A stretch of 63,785 nt of DNA, counting the filler, from Reticulomyxa filosa (lineage: Eukaryota > Protista > Foraminifera), in assembly GCA_000512085.1 (NCBI GenBank). It is 12 parts of 12 records of this genome, joined end to end, with 100 filler letters (N's around TTAATTAATTAA, not from the genome) between each part and the next. Parts side by side here need not be neighbours in the genome. Positions count along the whole stretch, not along the records: positions 57,390 to 63,785 come from ASPP01026355.1; 11 more parts are not named here. The stretch is one strand, 5' to 3'. Of this stretch, positions 62,763-63,785 are shown piece after piece. Below the pieces are notes generated by a model. That model was not told where the DNA came from, did not search any database, and saw only the letters and a list, made by a program, of their open reading frames with translations. Made by a program: the position numbers and the translations under genes. Numbering within the stretch: the stretch's first letter is position 1; every line of letters begins with the position of its first letter.

Positions 62763-63567
62763 CGTGCAAAAGAGAAGGGAAGCCCGGGGATAAAAAAAAA
62801 AATGTCTGACAAAAGTGGAATCGAACTCCAAGACGCCACTTTTCATAAGGCTCTGAGATTGACGCGATATGATCAGGATAAGACGATCATGTTTACACCC
62901 CCGATGGAGAGTGTGAACTCATGGCATACCGCATCAACAAAGTCGCCTTGCCACTCTCTGTTCAACACGAAATCCATGAAAGATGAAGAAACTGTGTCGA
63001 GTACAATATTACGATTAATCCAAATTTGAGAACTATCATCAGGCAAATAATATCAAGGTCATTATTCCAGTACCCTCTCATACTTCTTCTGTCAATGTTA
63101 AAACGACAAGTTTTGTGATGCCATTAAACATTGGACATATACTCACTTTCCTTGTTTTATTTTTCCCCTCCCGCTTTCTCTTATATACAAACTGCTTGCC
63201 GTTATCATACATGTATCAATAAACACTGCGTGTAATGTGTGCATGTGTATTGTGTGGCCGCATGCGACGACGCTGCGAAGCTGGAAAATGGGAATACAAG
63301 CCCACGAAAGCTGCGGTGCTGTGGGACATTGCTAGAATCGCTGGTGGAGGCTCGGCTACTCTCCGTGGAGAAGTCAAGTTGGCACATTTGATCCATGACA
63401 AACAGTGGCAACGTCCTCCGATCGAACTTAAGTTTTCCATTCCTATGTGGCCTGCATCAGGAATTAAAGTGCGTTTCTTGAACGTTCAGGAGCCTAAATT
63501 GCAATACAAGTCAATCAAATGGGTTAGATATGTCACTAATGCTGGAGATTACCAAATTCGCATTTAA
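62763..63567 (+). pseudogene. AP2M1: Clathrin adaptor AP-2 mu subunit, C-terminal half (frameshifts and a stop)
   Basis: IELQDATFH...F.PP/DGECELM.YR; IPVP; W.RPPIELKFSIPM..ASGIKVRFL.V.E....Y...KWVRYVT.AG.YQIR*. Confidence 0.8.
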
Positions 63568-63785
63568 TTTTGAATCTCTTCTTTTGTGATGTTTGCGTTT
63601 GTTTTAGTCCTTGCTTTGCTTGCTGTGAAAAAATCCTTTTGATCTTTGCTTTTTTTTGTTCCTCTTCTTGTCTTGTGCACACTGTTTTGGAATTGTAAAA
63701 AGATGATGCCTTGGCACACACCAGTTTCTAAATGATTGATGTTAGGGTTTGATCTTCTTTTTTGGTTTTGCTCTTGTATTGAAAA

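Noticed and set aside
1-63785. Prokaryotic features (CRISPR arrays, operons, rRNA/tRNA)
   Set aside because: None seen; the sequence is eukaryotic with spliceosomal introns

Overview
AT-rich, intron-rich eukaryotic genomic DNA. The standard genetic code and GT-AG introns (about 60-190 nt) fit. The window is 12 separate contigs joined by an artificial 100-bp spacer (N44-TTAATTAATTAA-N44), so neighbourhood across spacers means nothing. The gene families (TRAF-ZnF/WD40, expanded TPR, the 'W-x-R-x3-IKLGWI' motif) suggest a foraminiferan such as Reticulomyxa; this is an inference. Recognisable genes are coproporphyrinogen oxidase, a syntaxin, PP2A catalytic subunit, a Rab5-type GTPase, an A20/AN1 zinc-finger protein, GPATCH11-like, a P4-ATPase, PGK, a kinesin, an NBR1-like LIR/NZF/FW/UBA protein, TPR and WD40 families and 7TM proteins. 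Much apparent intergenic DNA is a patchwork of decayed gene fragments, several keeping introns: PP1 next to Spg1, TFIIH p44 joined to AP-2 mu, dynein, CAP-Gly, DEAD-box and an inverted LINE. The most striking are two remnants of bacterial-type peptidoglycan-attacking enzymes (Peptidase M15A and a Tlde1/DUF2778-like L,D-transpeptidase-fold motif) inside one eukaryotic contig. Many 3' splice sites have A-runs instead of a polypyrimidine tract. All calls come from manual translation and motif recognition; no database search was run.
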